Below are positions 62,819 to 64,000 of a stretch of DNA of 64,000 bases, in pieces. Under the pieces are notes generated by a model. That model had not been told where the DNA came from. It saw nothing but the letters and a program-made list of their open reading frames with translations, and made no database searches. Source of the DNA: Mobula hypostoma (lineage: Eukaryota); NCBI RefSeq assembly GCF_963921235.1, contig NC_086105.1, positions 54,188,001 through 54,252,000 on the forward strand, written 5' to 3'. Position numbers and translations under genes: made by a program. Within the stretch, counting starts at the first letter, position 1, and the number at the start of each line of letters is the position of its first letter.

Positions 62819-64000
62819 CTAAAAGAAAAAGTTAGTTTCCATTTTAAGGGCAGGCAAATAAAAGGCTACACACCCCAAGGTGTCTTGCCCGCAATTTTAT
62901 TAAGTTTTGTACTTCAGCCATAAATAAAATTATTCAGATTAGTGTTCAACACAGACCTTTACTGCAACTCCATTGCCTCAGAACCAGGCACTACTGACAG
63001 ACGACTCCAGCTCCAACACCTCCCAACCAGAAATCTAGCCCTCAGTTGTAGGGAACAGGCTTGTGGGTGTTGGGAAGCAGCAGAAGCAATACTTTAGAGA
63101 AGCCTGGTAGGCCAGTAACAGAAGGGGGCAAATAGAGATGTGGAAGGGGTCATACAATGGCTTCACTTCTCTGGGCAGCAAGTCTACAGTTATTGATTAT
63201 AAGCCAGGCCCTTATTTGATACACTGCACACCCCACTGGCCAATGCTCCACCCTTCCTACAATCAGACCCATAAGCTCCAAGGTAAAGCCCATGTGCACT
63301 TTTCCAGATGATTGCTACTCTTGTATTTCAAATGTAATTAACAACTATTAACATGTACAGTATACTTTCATAATTGCAATTCCTTTCTATAAAACGCTAT
63401 GTTAAATGCTGATAACTGAATGTAGCAATTTTTTTTGCAGACTAACAGCTCAGAGACCCCCTCCCCCATTTCCTTGCTGTTTTTAAATAAACATTTTGCT
63501 CTATTTCCAAGTTTATTTTTAGTTAAATTTGGGTCAGAAGTATTTAAGGGACTGAAAGTGTACAAATTGAGCTTGATAAGGATATAAAAATTCTCTGCAA
63601 TTCAGTCAGAAACATTTTTCCCTACAATGAGCTTGTACTTTTGCACATTTTCCATTGACTTTGCTTTGGCTGCTTGGCTGAAAGGAAGACTGGTTGCCAA
63701 AGTGACAGGTGAAAGGCAAAAATTATGAAATGAACAAGTAACTGCAGGTCATTATCAGATTAAACCCACAAAGCTCAATCAGAATCAGGAAAATTGCAGT
63801 TTGAATTCAAAAGACAAATCAGATACTAAGCTCTTGTACACTTGACCTTTCTGTATCAGAGGTTATATGGTGATAGTTGTGTTAGAGGTACTTGAATAAC
63901 CAACTTAAATGTAGTTGAAAATGTAATTTGTACACAATTTAGTACAAAACTTCTGGCCAGAAGCTATTATTGGACAGGAGGAACCGAGCTTTTGACAACC

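Larger units (their letters stand above)
60360..64000. repeat. Diverged segmental duplicate of ~10030-14280 (AKR 3' flank, 3' UTR, exon 10, intron 9)
   Basis: Colinear similarity of unique sequence, e.g. 10445 gatcgtacttagttactcctcc vs 60716. Shared CR1 breakpoint cccaacacagaagccaag. Exon-10 offset is 51,264 bp. Confidence 0.95.

Overview
Repeat-rich vertebrate genomic DNA, most likely from a cartilaginous fish (ray/skate). That assignment is an inference from the repeat set: CR1, Rex1/Babar, Tx1-type L1, Penelope with hammerhead-like ends and a V-SINE. The window holds one complete host gene on the minus strand, a 10-exon aldose reductase-like AKR1B gene (ATG 41853, stop 11524, 951 nt, 316 aa). 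I assembled its exons by hand; all introns are GT-AG and the catalytic tetrad is intact. It has a CpG-rich CCAAT/GC-box promoter and a 5-unit minisatellite upstream. The last ~3.6 kb (60360-64000) is a diverged duplicate of that gene's 3' end, implying a tandem AKR1B paralog about 51 kb away. That paralog's putative 3' UTR has gained a ~400-bp fold-back inverted duplication. The most unusual object is a very young Gmr1-like LTR retrotransposon (2471-7344) with 859-bp near-identical LTRs, a GGAT target-site duplication and a perfect tRNA-Pro primer-binding site. Its single 961-aa ORF keeps an intact Gag and protease, but pol is compressed by frame-preserving deletions and catalytically dead (YxDD reads CIGN), with a run of apparent A-to-G changes. 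The rest is nested transposon relics, local duplications and one assembly gap. Transposon family names and most boundaries were judged by eye without database searches.
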